From Thraustochytrium aureum (taxonomy: Eukaryota): a DNA stretch of 63,814 bases. The notes beneath the pieces were generated by a model. The model was not told the origin of the DNA and made no database searches. It saw nothing but the letters and a program-made list of their open reading frames with translations. Both the position numbers and the translations under genes were made by a program. The stretch is taken from the NCBI GenBank assembly GCA_012862495.1, contig BLSG01000353.1, positions 1-63,814 of the forward strand, read 5' to 3'. Shown one piece after another: positions 46,406-57,633 of this stretch (its first letter is position 1; each line of letters starts with the position of its first letter).

Positions 46406-49034
46406 TCAGAATTCTGCGAGAGTTATTCGCGCGGCCTCTCGCGCATTTGGATGCCGCTTTTGCTCTTCGACAGGCTCAACCATAGAGTCGTAGAGGCTGC
46501 CTCGACCGTCGGCCTCCGCAACAAGAAACTCTTGCTCCGGCGGTCGCCATTCCTCCAGTTGCTCGAGGCTGTGAACTTGTTCGAAGAGCTGGCGGTAACG
46601 CGGAGCCACTCTCAATTCAAAACCATCCACGGCGCCAGCTGATCCGTAGCCCGATGGTGCGACGCGGCGCAGGAGCCTCGCAACGGCTGCATTCTGTCGC
46701 TCTTCCGCTTTAAGCGAGGCGCCACCTCCTGTTGTACCGGAAATTGAAGCAGAGGCGGTCGTTGCAGGTGGCCACGTTACTAGCAAATGCCGAAACTGGC
46801 TTGAGCCTGTGCACGTATGCAAGGCTGAGCAAAACCGGCACCAAGATGGCACAAAATCGCAGCGCTGCCCACTCAGCCCGTGGAATCAGCAAGAGCTTTT
46901 CAACGTCGAGGACGCTCCAAATCGTTGCGGCAGAAAGACCTGCGCGAAGCACGAGACAGGCCTCAAAGGTCCAGGCGACAAAATCCGCCGTCCTTGTTGC
47001 AGCGAGGCGGCCCTCCGGCGCCGCGCAGCCATTCAAAAGATAGCGCTTCTCGGCGGCGTAAATGAGCGCAAGGTGCGCCGCGCAAAGGGGCAGGAGAGCT
47101 GGCGCGCCAGGCGAATACACGACCCCTAGCATCATCGCACGAAGGAGCGCCACTTGCGGCGCCTCTGGGCGCCACTGCGGCAAACGGAGCTTTTGAAGCA
47201 AGTGGAACTGCGTGTGCGCTTTGCCAACTTTGGCTTGCCTGACAATGGCGGCAACAGGCAGGCCAAAGACGTACCAGGCGACCGACAAGAAGAACGAGAC
47301 GCCCTCGCACCCCACCACATAGCCGATGGCGCGGCCACGCCACCACTCTTCGGTCCCAGGGCCTCCGGCGCTGAAACTCCAAATCAAGGGCCACACGAGC
47401 AAGCTAGAGCCCAACACGAAAACAGACGTGATGGTGACCAGCATATGTACGTGCACGCTGCGGAGGGGGTGCCCGTATTGCAGCAGGAGAGTCTGCAAAA
47501 CTATCTTGCAGAGCTCCTGCCAGCAAACTGCCACAGCGGCGCCCGCAGCCCAGCCCCACGTGTTGAATGCAGAGTCCCAAGCCAGGTATCCCAGCAAGTT
47601 GATCCAAAGCAGCACAAGCACGAGGGCCAGCACTGCCAGGGCCGGCGCGCCCGACTGCGCAAACCGGTGCGGCTCGCGAAGCCGCTGCCAGTTTATGTTG
47701 CCAGGATAGATGTCCTCGCTGGTCCCAATCGCTCGGAACGGCGTTGCGGGGGCACCGCACAGGAGCTTGAGATGGTGCAACACGGCATTGTCGCGGTCAA
47801 AGTGCAGCAGCTTCCTTGCAAGCCTTGCCTGCTCCGCTGTTTTAAACGTGGCGAAAACGATGTCGACGGGCGGAGAGCGGCGGTCCTCCGTGCCAAGCTC
47901 CTCGAGGAAGAAGACCTCGTCAAAATAGTCCTCGTCCAGCTTCTTCATGGCTTCTCGCTTGCCTCTCAAGAGCGCCTTTGCTGTCCCGTGCTCTACAGTT
48001 ATGGACCTGGCCGCACTGAGTCGCCGCTGAAGAGCGACGATGTCTTGTTCAAGACGAACGCGTTTCTCCGCGGCGTTGATGAACCGGAGGGTTTCGCTGC
48101 TGCAGTTGAACAGGTGCTCGACCTCGACTGGCACGATTGGCGGCGTTTTCTCGCGGACAAATCGCGCGCGGCGCCCGTAGCTTGCTTCATGCCTCTTTTG
48201 CTCTCGGATTCGTACGAGCTGCTCCTCCCGACAGAACGCCTCGAGGTTTTTCTTGGTCAGGTTGTCCTGCAAATGCGGGCATTGGATCAAGAGCAGCGTA
48301 CGCTCCGCCAGCATCTTGTCCGGATCGGCGATTGCACGGCCGCGGCGTCTCTCTGCGCTGGTGTAGAGCCAAGGCGCCGCAAGCGCGGCGAGCAAGGGAA
48401 AGAGAACTTCGAGCATCGCAAAGTAGTCGAAAACCAGCTTGCAGTTGTCCGGATTCTTGCACGCCAGAATGGAGTACCGGAGGAGGATATCGACTGCATC
48501 TGGTGGCGCTGTCGTTGGGTTTCGTTGCGCAAAGGCAAACGCCACGACCAAAGGAGCTGCAAAGCATGTCCATACGCACAGCACAATTGCGACGACCCGG
48601 GCCTGCATGAAAAAAGCCCAAACCCCGACGCCAAAGACGTCTTGAATGTCGATCTCGCGGATAGAATACGCGTCCACCGCGCGCGGCTCGTCGTCCACTC
48701 CGGCCAATCCCAACACTCGCAACGCGTGCATGCCCGCCGAGCCATTCAGAATAGCTGCTTTTGCAGTGTCACGGTTTGGGCAGATTCGCTCCTCGAGCTC
48801 TTCTGCTGCTCTCTCTTCGTCTACTTCTCGTCGAGACATCGTGTGCGTGACCATTTCAAAGCATTTCGGACAGCGAATGCTTTCCTCAATCTTGAGCTGC
48901 TCGGTACAACACTTTTCGCAGAGCGCCCAGTGTTCACATGGGAACAATTTCTGCACCGCGTCTTGCGTCAAGCACACCATGCACTCCCAAAGCGTGTCAG
49001 ATTCATCGTCGCCTTCGTCCCCCTCTTCGTCATC

Positions 49035-49077
<43 letters not shown>

Positions 49078-50838
49078 TCGTCGTCGTGGTCAACTTGATC
49101 ATTTTCGTCTTCGTCGTCGTCCTCCCCCTTCGCGTCCTCGACACCCGTGCGGGACCCGTCGTCGACAGCGCCACCTTTGGAGACTTCATGCGCGTCTTTG
49201 TCGAGCTCAGAGCTTGCCTTGCTGACGCCGTCGGTGTCGAATGCAACGATCCTTCCGCCGCTCTGGCTCTGGCATGCGGCTTCGTCACTTGCTCGCCTTG
49301 GTGGGCCGGGGCGGTTTACGACCTCTACGACAGCGAGAGGGACGTCGGGGGTGCATCCAGTAGGTTCTACTGCTGGCTTGATCGCAGAGCTCGCTGTTGC
49401 CTGCTCGTTCGGCTCTGTTGTGACAGGTCTGACGGGTCAGGCCACGAGGCTCTTGGACCGCCGACGGCGAGCCGAGGATCTGCCCAACATCTGGCGGCGG
49501 CGCGCGTTTCAAAAGCAATGGGGCAAGCTTGCTAGGGCTCGAGAGCGGTGCAGAGGCGCCGAGCGCCTCACCGTCGAGGTCTGCGGGCAGGCCAAGTGGG
49601 GGTGCCCGGCGCAACAGAGTCGGGCTCCTCGGTGACCCTCCCTCGACCGCACCAAAAGCCTCGGCCGCCCTGGAGAGCGTCTCTGGCTGCGCTGGGGATG
49701 GCCCAGGTGGAGGTGGCCTCTTCATGCTCGCTGTGCCGCGCGTGCTGCGAGCCTTTTCTGTCGAACTGCTCGGGCTGGCTCGGGCTGGCACACAACGAAA
49801 AAGCCGTTTCGCGCAGGAGAACTCCTCTTCCAGAACCTGAGCTGGAATCGGCAGCGGCTGCTTTCGATCTCCTGACGGTCAGGCACTTTGCTGCGGGAGC
49901 GCGATCGTCCTGCCCACGGACGGCCCGGGACAGGTGCGCGCTGCTTGCGGTTGCGTGCGCTCCTGATGGGCCGTTTGCGACGGCTGCGCCAATGAACGGC
50001 TCAAGGCGGGCGCTTGCGTGGATGCCTCCTACTGAACCATTGGAGAGAGAGCACAGGAGTGAATGGCAATTTCGTTGAATTGGTGATCCTTGGCTGATCC
50101 ATGGTGTTGCTGAGCCTGCTCAGAAATGTCTTGGCGAAGGCCCACACGCGAGGCAGCGCGTCAGTCGATAATAGAGTGGATGTTGCGGATGGCATCCTCC
50201 ATCGACTTGCGGCCGCACGCGAAGTCTTCTCCAAAGCCAAGGGAGCTGTTGGACCCAAAGGTGGCTTGGGCGACCTCGTGGTCATGGCGCCGCCTGGCCT
50301 CGAGGAGGGCCTGGCGCGTCTTGAAGCCGCTACATGCTGGCTGGCTGTCTGGCGGTGCTTCGTTGTCGCGATAGAATGGTGTGTTGAGGTGCGACAGCAC
50401 GTTTGTGGAGGCTCGCGAGGCGCTCCTCCAATCCTGCAAGTTTTGCTTTCGATCGAGGTACCCGCGCGAAACCTCGGAACCGACATGGGCGACAAAGCTG
50501 TTCTTCGCCAGCGATTCTGGTGTGCGGTTATTGTGTCCTGCGCTCGACATCGACAGAGGGTCAAGGGCTTCGCTGGCCTTTGGCTTGAACCGCTCAACGA
50601 GGCGTCGGTGCGCAGATTCAGTGCGCCAGTCATCTTCGATCCCACGGCCACCACTCTGCATGTTGACCATCATGCGCGCCTTGGCTTGCTCGCGCTCTTT
50701 GTCCCGTCTCGCCGGCTTGCGATTTCGCAGCCGCGCCTGCAAGATGGACTCCTGGAACTTTACTAGCGGCGGCTGCGTTGCGCCTGCTTCACTGGGGTTG
50801 GACTTGCCCATCGCTGGCGCTCGCACACGCGAAGCCAT
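46406..50838 (-). CDS. RING-finger + OSCA/TMEM63(CSC1)-like multi-pass membrane protein with long disordered N-terminus (several frameshifts; outer ends tentative, core 46710-48980)
   Basis: CMVC..PCEHWALCEKC..CPKC; FGVGVWAFF, ERTLLLIQCP, VFATFKT, PGNINWQRL, LGVVYSPGAPALLP..YAAEKRYLL. Confidence 0.7.
49036..49087. repeat. (GTC)n trinucleotide tract encoding poly-Asp on the minus strand
   Basis: gtcgtcgtc... run. Confidence 0.9.
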
Positions 50839-51432
50839 CGCCACCGCGCCTGGCCTCGCGGCGGTCGCCGTGCGCCGAAGAAGTACGAGTCGCTCGTGAT
50901 TTGCTTTGATTGGGATCGGCGATGTAGTCGCTGGCCGTGCTCTGCTGCAGAGGCCGAGGCGGCTCGAGCTCGGCTCCAGCCCCGTTCGCTTTCCGCCGAC
51001 CGGGCGCGCGAGATCCGTTCGCAAGCAAGGCCGAATATTGCGGGCGCGCCACCCGCTGGAGAATAGCGGTGTGCTGCTTTGTTGCGTAGGTACCGTATGA
51101 AAAAGGTGCGTAGATCCGGTGCATGCGTTAAGTGCGTTAGCGCTGGGCGCGGATGCTGGATGCCGCGGGTCTCTCTCCACTGAGCGGGTGCTCGAGCGTC
51201 CGACCCACGCGTGGAATTCTTGGTTCTCAAAACTGAATGATCAAGAGGCTGCTGCTTTGTTTTTGGCGGTGTGCACGGCAGGCCGCGCAAGCGACTTGCT
51301 TTCTCGCGCGGTCCATCCAACTGGTGTTGCCGCGCCGCGGCAGGCCCCCGCTGGCTTCGACGGCGCCCCTCGGCCTACGCGGCTAACCAAGCAAAACGGA
51401 GAGCGGCTAGGCGCTCAGAGGGCCGCGCGGCG

Positions 51433-52647
51433 ATGTCGTGCGTGTGCATCGGCGGCCCGAAGCGGCTGCGAAATGACTACAAGCACGTGTCCACCAACGA
51501 AGAGCTGGGGGCTATTTTCGGCAACCTGGAAACGGGAGACCTGATGCTCTTCAAGTCGCGGGGGCTCACAGCGTGGGGGATCCGCAATGTGCTTCACTGC
51601 GACTGGGACCACGTTGGCGTGATCATCCGGCGCAGCGCCTCGACCTCGCGGGTAGCGAACCATGGCAAGTCGTACAGCGCAGTCAGGGCATGCTCGGCCA
51701 CTTATTGTGCGTGCACCAACGGCGAGCTGGAAGTGGATGGGCTGGAGATCCTGGAAGCCACGTCCGCCGGAATTCACATCTATCCCTTGTACGAGAGGCT
51801 GGCACGGCGCCTGCACCACGACGTCTTTGTTGCAGTGCGCAAATTGGAGGGTTTCTCGCACGACTCGCACGCTGTTGGGGCCCAGACAGAGGCCTTTATT
51901 CGAAGCGTGCACGGAAATGGGTATTCGTTTTCAAGCCTCGGGACGTACGCGCGGCTTGGGTATCGGCGCAACTTTAAGACCGCCGTCGCACGGATGAAGC
52001 GCAGCACAACAGCTACCTCCACAGATCTCAACGTGCGCACTGAGCAAGAAGGGGCGGATGGGGGGGAAAGCAGCGAGGAAGAGGAAAACACAAAGGCGCA
52101 AGCAGAGAAGAACACTGGCGAGGCTCGCGTTGAGGGCCTTGGCCGAGCGTTCTGCTCAGAGTTGTGCGCAGCGTATTTGATTACCATTGGAATCTTGAAG
52201 GATTCAGCCGTGTCCGAGTCCTTCGATCCAGCTTCATTTTCCTCAGAAGACGGGATCTTACCTCAGCTTTTGGCGCCGGGTGTTAGTTATTCTTCTGAAA
52301 CCGTGGTCCTCGCACCGGGGAATGTGGGGAACCAAGCCTTCAGAAAGTTGTTCCACACGATGCGCAAAGCATACGAGAAGAAGCAGGACGCGGTCAAGGT
52401 TCATCCTGATGGCGCCGCTGGACCAACAAAGCACAGGTACCAGACCATCGAGGACGTTGCTGGGGAGAGGGTTGCCTCCGGCGTCGTGAGCCGCATTCGC
52501 AACCACATCGAGTCACACCTACCTTCGCGAATAGCCTCGCGAAGCCATGCGTTCGAGATCGTGGAAGGCGAGTCGCAACTGTTGCAGCAAGACAGAGTAG
52601 CGTCGCAACAGCTTGCTAGGCCAGTCCCCATCATTGAAAAAAAGTAG
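51433..52647 (+). CDS. Permuted papain-like NlpC/P60 amidase/acyltransferase (YaeF/YiiX-type)
   Basis: LETGDLMLF..DWDHVGVI (His first), ILEAT..G, then AFCSELCAAYL (Cys later). Confidence 0.8.
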   Translation: MSCVCIGGPKRLRNDYKHVSTNEELGAIFGNLETGDLMLFKSRGLTAWGIRNVLHCDWDHVGVIIRRSASTSRVANHGKSYSAVRACSATYCACTNGELEVDGLEILEATSAGIHIYPLYERLARRLHHDVFVAVRKLEGFSHDSHAVGAQTEAFIRSVHGNGYSFSSLGTYARLGYRRNFKTAVARMKRSTTATSTDLNVRTEQEGADGGESSEEEENTKAQAEKNTGEARVEGLGRAFCSELCAAYLITIGILKDSAVSESFDPASFSSEDGILPQLLAPGVSYSSETVVLAPGNVGNQAFRKLFHTMRKAYEKKQDAVKVHPDGAAGPTKHRYQTIEDVAGERVASGVVSRIRNHIESHLPSRIASRSHAFEIVEGESQLLQQDRVASQQLARPVPIIEKK

Positions 52648-52712
52648 CGCGGCACTAAACACTCCTGACTTCCCGTTTGTTGTTCGATTTTTGTCAACGT
52701 GCTCTGTCGACG

Positions 52713-52781
52713 GCGGTGGCCAAGCTCTCGGCGCACAACAGTGGAGCGGTGGCCAAGCTCTCGGCGCACAACAGTGGAGCG
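52713..52781. repeat. 33-bp tandem duplication between convergent gene ends
   Basis: gcggtggccaagctctcggcgcacaacagtgga x2. Confidence 0.9.
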
Positions 52782-52804
52782 CGGCGCTCGCTCCTCTTAA
52801 CGAA

Positions 52805-53974
52805 CTATCGCTTCGAGATTGGGCCGAGCATGGAGTCGACCACGTCACTTTGCTTGGTTGCGGAGGGCGGGCTGTTGCTCCGGGCCGCCAACCGTGCGGA
52901 TCGAGGAGGAGACGCGTCTGCGCTTGCCGTCGACTTGCGGCGTTTCGCAGGGCTGTGCGACCGCGAGTCTGAGCGAGACCGGGACCGGTCGCGCTTGGAG
53001 CGTCGCTTTTTGCCGCCACGAGAATCACTCGGCGACGAACGCGTCGAACGCGAGCGGGAAGGAGACCGCGATAGCGACCCTGACCTAGAGCGAGAGCGAG
53101 AGCGCGAGGCGCTGAGGGAATCCTCGCTTCTGCTCCCACCCGAGCTACGGGACGAGCTTCGCGAGCGGCTCCTGGAGCGGCTCTCGCGAGGGCGCGAGCG
53201 GTGGCCCTTGTACGGTTGGTCGTGGTCTAGGTCGTCTTCGAGGTCCGGGTCAATGCGTTTGATGTGCATGTAGCTGCAGTTGATGCCGCGGTCGCAGCGG
53301 TTGCGGTCGTATTGCCGGCAGCGCGAGTGGCGAAAGTCTGTCACCGGCGAGAACTCGGGCTCGAGCACGCGGCCGGCATAATATCGCCCCTTGATGCCCT
53401 TGAGGCACTTGTCGGCATCCTGCTCGTCGAAAAACTTGATGTAGACGTTGCCGAGCATGTGGTCGCACAAGTTGTCGCACACAACGATTTGCTCAACCTC
53501 GCCAAACTTTTGCACTTCTTCGAACAGATCAACGAAGAACTCTTCAAAATCATCGTCGCGCCGACCCTGTGTGGGGCTTGCACTCGAGCTTGTGCGCTCG
53601 ACGCGCGCCTGGGGGTTTTGGTACATTTGAGGGACGAGGAGCGTTGTGCTGAACGCGGGTCTGTTGTGCTCCCTGTCGCACTTGTCACCGTGCCGGCACG
53701 CCCCCATCTTGAGATAAAACATGCAGTTGACGCGGTCGAGAGCGGTACCGTGGATCCGCGCCAGGTGGCTCGCGCCGCCATCGGCCTCGCCTCGCCGGTC
53801 CCGTGACCTTGGGCGGTGGCCGCCACGGTCGTCGCGCCTGTACTCGTCGCGGCGGCTGCCCCGCTGGTAGTCGTCACGCCTGTCGTCCCGGCGGCTGTCT
53901 CGGCGGTCGTGGTATTCGTCACGCCTATCGTCCCGGCGGACGTCTCGGCGGTCGTCGCGCCCTCTGCTCGACAT
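52805..53974 (-). CDS. U2AF1: U2 auxiliary factor small subunit (U2AF35)
   Basis: DRVNCMFYLKMGACRHGDKC..HNRP, CDNLCDHMLGNVYIKF, GRYYAGR..EFSPVTDFR..CRQY..C..GINCSYMH, RS domain. Confidence 0.93.
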   Translation of the reverse strand: MSSRGRDDRRDVRRDDRRDEYHDRRDSRRDDRRDDYQRGSRRDEYRRDDRGGHRPRSRDRRGEADGGASHLARIHGTALDRVNCMFYLKMGACRHGDKCDREHNRPAFSTTLLVPQMYQNPQARVERTSSSASPTQGRRDDDFEEFFVDLFEEVQKFGEVEQIVVCDNLCDHMLGNVYIKFFDEQDADKCLKGIKGRYYAGRVLEPEFSPVTDFRHSRCRQYDRNRCDRGINCSYMHIKRIDPDLEDDLDHDQPYKGHRSRPRESRSRSRSRSSSRSSGGSRSEDSLSASRSRSRSRSGSLSRSPSRSRSTRSSPSDSRGGKKRRSKRDRSRSRSDSRSHSPAKRRKSTASADASPPRSARLAARSNSPPSATKQSDVVDSMLGPISKR

Positions 53975-55226
53975 TGCTCAGCCTTCGCTGGTCGAGTGCA
54001 AGCAACTCTGTCCAACCGAGCGGGCTTGCTGCTTGGCCGGAGGGTCGCCTGCCGAGAGAGCGCCTGCTGCCGGGTGGCGTCCAGTCAGTGAGTCAGTCAG
54101 TCGTTGTTCAGTCTCCGTCAGTGAGCCAGTCTCTCTCAGTCTGGCAGCCTGCCTGCTTGTCTGATGGGGCTTTGCTGCTGCTCTGCTGGGTGTCGCTGGT
54201 GGCCATGGGCCTTTTCCAGCTGCCTCGTCACATCGGCCCCCATGTGACGTGAGACGAGGGGGAAACAACGTAACCTTGTGAGCTAACCTTACTTACGTCA
54301 CAGAGACCCTACGTGACGCAATCTGCCGCCACGGCGACAGAGTGCTTTTTGTCTGACAGGAGTCATGGAAGGAGAAGCGGCTCGCGAGGCAAGGCGCCAG
54401 CGACTGCACTGCGCCATGGGATCATGATAAGTAGGTAGAGTACCCTACTACCGCAACGAACTGCCGGGCCTGAACATGCTGTGTAGTAGGGTCAGGTCAA
54501 CGAAAATGTACGCTTGCGCCTGGCCCAGCGCGCTCAATGGCCCGTCGTACTCGCGAAGCGCGCCCGCAGGAACAACCAAAGTCGTCTCGCCCACGGCCGC
54601 TGGCGCCATTCTGTCCTGTCCTGGCTGGCGCTGCGGCTTTCCCCTCAAACTGATCAGAGGCTGGACTACCCAACACACTCATCCGTGACGAAGTACCGTG
54701 ACGGGAACTCGCGACCAGACCTGTCGACCAGGAAGACAGATTCGTCGGGAGGAGTCGTGTCGACAGACCGCCACCTCACATTCATGAGTGATCGGAGTCA
54801 GAGTCGCGAGCTCGAGGTCCCTGACGAGCCCTGACACTGTGTCGGGAGCCGGAATCCGCGCCAAGCGTTTGCAGGCGGCGCAGGGCTTCGATCTCGGCGA
54901 CTCGGGGCAGCGCTCGCCAATGGAAGACCAAGTGTTGATTGAGGCCTCAACTGCGCCAGACTCAACGCACGGGTCACGGGAGGAAGTGTTGCGCACGCGA
55001 CTTGCCGCTTGCGCGCAATCGATCAACTCTGGTCATTCGACTTCGAGCCAGGCCGACCTTTGACCGATCCACTTCAGGGTTGTCGACAAGCGCGCCCCCC
55101 ATCACTGTGGTCGCCTGACAGTCTCGCGAGGCCCGCCGCGTCTGAGCGCCAAGCGCGAACGCCAACGAGGGACTTGCGGCAGCAGCTGACGAAAGAGTCG
55201 CGGACTGGCAGTGCGTCGGTCGGGCG

Positions 55227-56561
55227 ATGCGGACCAACTGGACGACGCGCGTGGTGGGGTCGCGCGTCGTCCTCGTACCGTACCGCCGAGGACACGTCGC
55301 CAAATACCACGAGTGGATGCAGGACCCTGCACTGCTGGAAGCCACCGCGTCCGAGCCGCTCTCGCTGAGCGAAGAATATGAGATGCAGGCCAGCTGGCGC
55401 GACGATCCGACCAAGCTCACGTTCATCATATTGGACAAGCACAAGTGGACCGCAGACGAGCCCGAGTCGAACGTGAGCGCCATGGTCGGCGACGTCAACC
55501 TGTTTTACAACGACCCGGAGGCGCCAAGGTGCGCGGAGGCGGAGGTCATGATCGCGGACCCATCGGCGCGCGGCAAGGGTCTCGGAGAAGAGGCAGTCAA
55601 GCTTGTTGTGGCGTTCGCTGCTCAGCAACTCGGAACGCGCGACTTTGTGGTCAAGATCGGCAGCACGAATGAGGCCTCCCTCTCGCTTTTTGAGGGCAAA
55701 CTGGGGTTTGAACGCGTCTCGCACAGCGAGGCTTTCGACGAGCATACGTTACGCATCGGCGAGGCCCTGCTTGCAGAAGCAGTGGGGATGGAGCTTGCCA
55801 TTGAGCGGGACGAGGACTCGGCAGCCGAGCCGATATGCGAGACTGCGGGCGCCGTCGACCAGTACTTGGCGCTACACTACGGACAAAGGCCTGCCGTGGT
55901 GGACTTGACCGTGGCCCCTCCACGGCCTGAGTTTGCCCTCGAGTTTTGCAAGCGCTGTGGAGAATGGCTTGCCCAGGTCGCTCCCAAGCGTGGCCGTGCC
56001 CTGGACCTAGGCTGCGCCGTCGGCGGCGCGGCCATGGAGTTGACCAAGCACTTCAAGTATGTTCGTGGCGTGGACAGCTCGGTGAGCTTTGTGGCGGCAG
56101 CCAAGATGGCCCGCGACTCGTTCGGGCCAGCGTCCTTCCAAGTGCGCGTGTCAGGGGATGAGGTGCGCACTGTGCCACTCGAGCTCGACGAGGCCGTTAA
56201 CCGAGCGCGTGTCGAGTTTAGCACAGGCGATGCCTGTGCATACAAGGAGGAGGAGGTTTTCGACGCGGTTCTCATGGCCAACTTGCTATGCCGTGTCCCA
56301 GACCCTTGCGCGCTGCTAGACCACATTGCCGGGCTCGTGGGGCCTGGCGGAGTCGTGGTCCTCATCTCGCCGTACTCGTGGCTCGTTGGGTACACAGAGC
56401 GGGAGAGGTGGATCACGCATGCGGAGGTGCTGTCTCGAATGGACAAAAATGGGTTTGACTTGGTCGAGGAGCGTCCGATGCCGCTCATTATGCGCGAGCA
56501 CGAGCGCCTCTATCAGTACATTGTCCCGACTGGCGCGGCGTTCGTCAAGCGGGCCCTCTAG
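55227..56561 (+). CDS. NAT9-like GNAT acetyltransferase fused to an OvoA-C-terminal-like SAM methyltransferase
   Basis: NAT9: VVLVPYRRGHVAKYHEWMQD..TASEPLSLSEEYEMQASWRDDPTKLTFII, MVGDVNLF, AEVMIADPSARGKGLG; MTase: QYLALHYG, RALDLGCAVG, GDAC, ANLLCRVPDP, ISPYSWL, IMREHERLYQ. Confidence 0.88.
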   Translation: MRTNWTTRVVGSRVVLVPYRRGHVAKYHEWMQDPALLEATASEPLSLSEEYEMQASWRDDPTKLTFIILDKHKWTADEPESNVSAMVGDVNLFYNDPEAPRCAEAEVMIADPSARGKGLGEEAVKLVVAFAAQQLGTRDFVVKIGSTNEASLSLFEGKLGFERVSHSEAFDEHTLRIGEALLAEAVGMELAIERDEDSAAEPICETAGAVDQYLALHYGQRPAVVDLTVAPPRPEFALEFCKRCGEWLAQVAPKRGRALDLGCAVGGAAMELTKHFKYVRGVDSSVSFVAAAKMARDSFGPASFQVRVSGDEVRTVPLELDEAVNRARVEFSTGDACAYKEEEVFDAVLMANLLCRVPDPCALLDHIAGLVGPGGVVVLISPYSWLVGYTERERWITHAEVLSRMDKNGFDLVEERPMPLIMREHERLYQYIVPTGAAFVKRAL

Positions 56562-56698
56562 GCGTGTGCCAGTGCGATTCGACCTGCAAGCATGGATCTA
56601 TTCTTAGCGCGTTGCGCAGACACAGGTGGAGGAAGAAGAAATTTGCTCTGTTTTTGATGTTGCAAACGAGACCAGACCGTTCAACACGAGCACGAGCC

Positions 56699-57633
56699 TC
56701 ACTTGTGCTGCACCTCAGTAGACTTGTCAGCCATGTCGGAATCGCCGTCGCCCAGCGCAGGGCGCGACGGGAGCCGCACCTTGAACCCAAATACCCTTGG
56801 CACGTACGGCTCGACCTTGACCGGCGGCGGCGGCCACAGATCGGGGAACTGCATCATAAAGAGGTGCGGAAATGTAGTTCCAAAGTAGGCACCGTCAAGG
56901 TCGTCCTCATCATTCCGGAACCCGCAGCGGCTCGGCGGCAAGAAGATGTCGCCGCAGCGCGGGCAATAAACCATCGCCCCAGACAGGTCGATGTCGTCCT
57001 TGAGCCCTACGGGGAGCACAGCCTGCTGCTGGCACGGAAGGCGCGGGCAGACACCAAAGTCCTGGTCTTTGAACTTGCGTCGCATCTTGTCTTGGCCTCG
57101 CTTGGTGATGATAAAGCGGGCGTGGATGAGGCCGTACAGATCCTGCACGTGCCGCTCGATCGCCTCGTCGTTACCGGTTTCGGCGCGGTCGAGGATTATG
57201 TCGAGGCATTTCTTGTAGTTTTGCCCAATCACCTCGCGGAGCCCATAAAGGTTGAAGTTGTCCTCTGCGTCGGGTATTCCAAGTTGCCCTTGTCAGATCG
57301 GAACGGGTTTGAGCAGCAAGGCGCGAGCGCGGGCGAGCGAGCGAGCGCGGGCGAGCGAGTGTTTCTTTTTGAGGGGGGAGGGAGGGTGAGGGGGGTGGGG
57401 CGGGATGAGGGGAGGATGCCGAGAGAGCCGAGGCTTCAAAGCTGAGGGACGTGCGCGCCCCGCGGCGGTCACAACAAGCCCCAAAAGTGCAACACTCTGC
57501 ATATGCAAGCAAGCCCAAGAGGGCAACTCACCAATGTACCTGCGGTCGACCTCGCAAAAGAACTCGTTGCCCTCCTGCTTGCAAAACCACTCGATCCAGC
57601 TCTCGACGCCAGAGGACTCGCCCTCGCTCGAGG
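56699..57633 (-). CDS. CSNK2B: Casein kinase II regulatory beta subunit (one intron; start in gap)
   Basis: SWIEWFC..GNEFFCEVDRRYI|EDNFNLYGL, LYGLIHARFI, FGVCPRLPC..VLPVG, YCPRC, DGAYFGTTFPHLF, YVPRVFGFK. Confidence 0.95.
57265..57531 (-). other. Spliceosomal intron of CK2 beta
   Basis: GTGAGT at 57531 to CAG at 57265 on the minus strand; restores YIEDNFNL. Confidence 0.9.

Noticed and set aside
196..50838. Frequent frameshifts in conserved genes as programmed frameshifting, RNA editing or mass pseudogenisation
   Set aside because: The shifts go in both directions and mostly fall in short homopolymers (G-run at 6935, GGG at 12778, CCCC at 14690, TTTTT at 15778, CCC at 37026), including in conserved housekeeping genes such as NOT3. 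There is no shared slippery-stop motif. Sequencing or assembly error is the simplest explanation.
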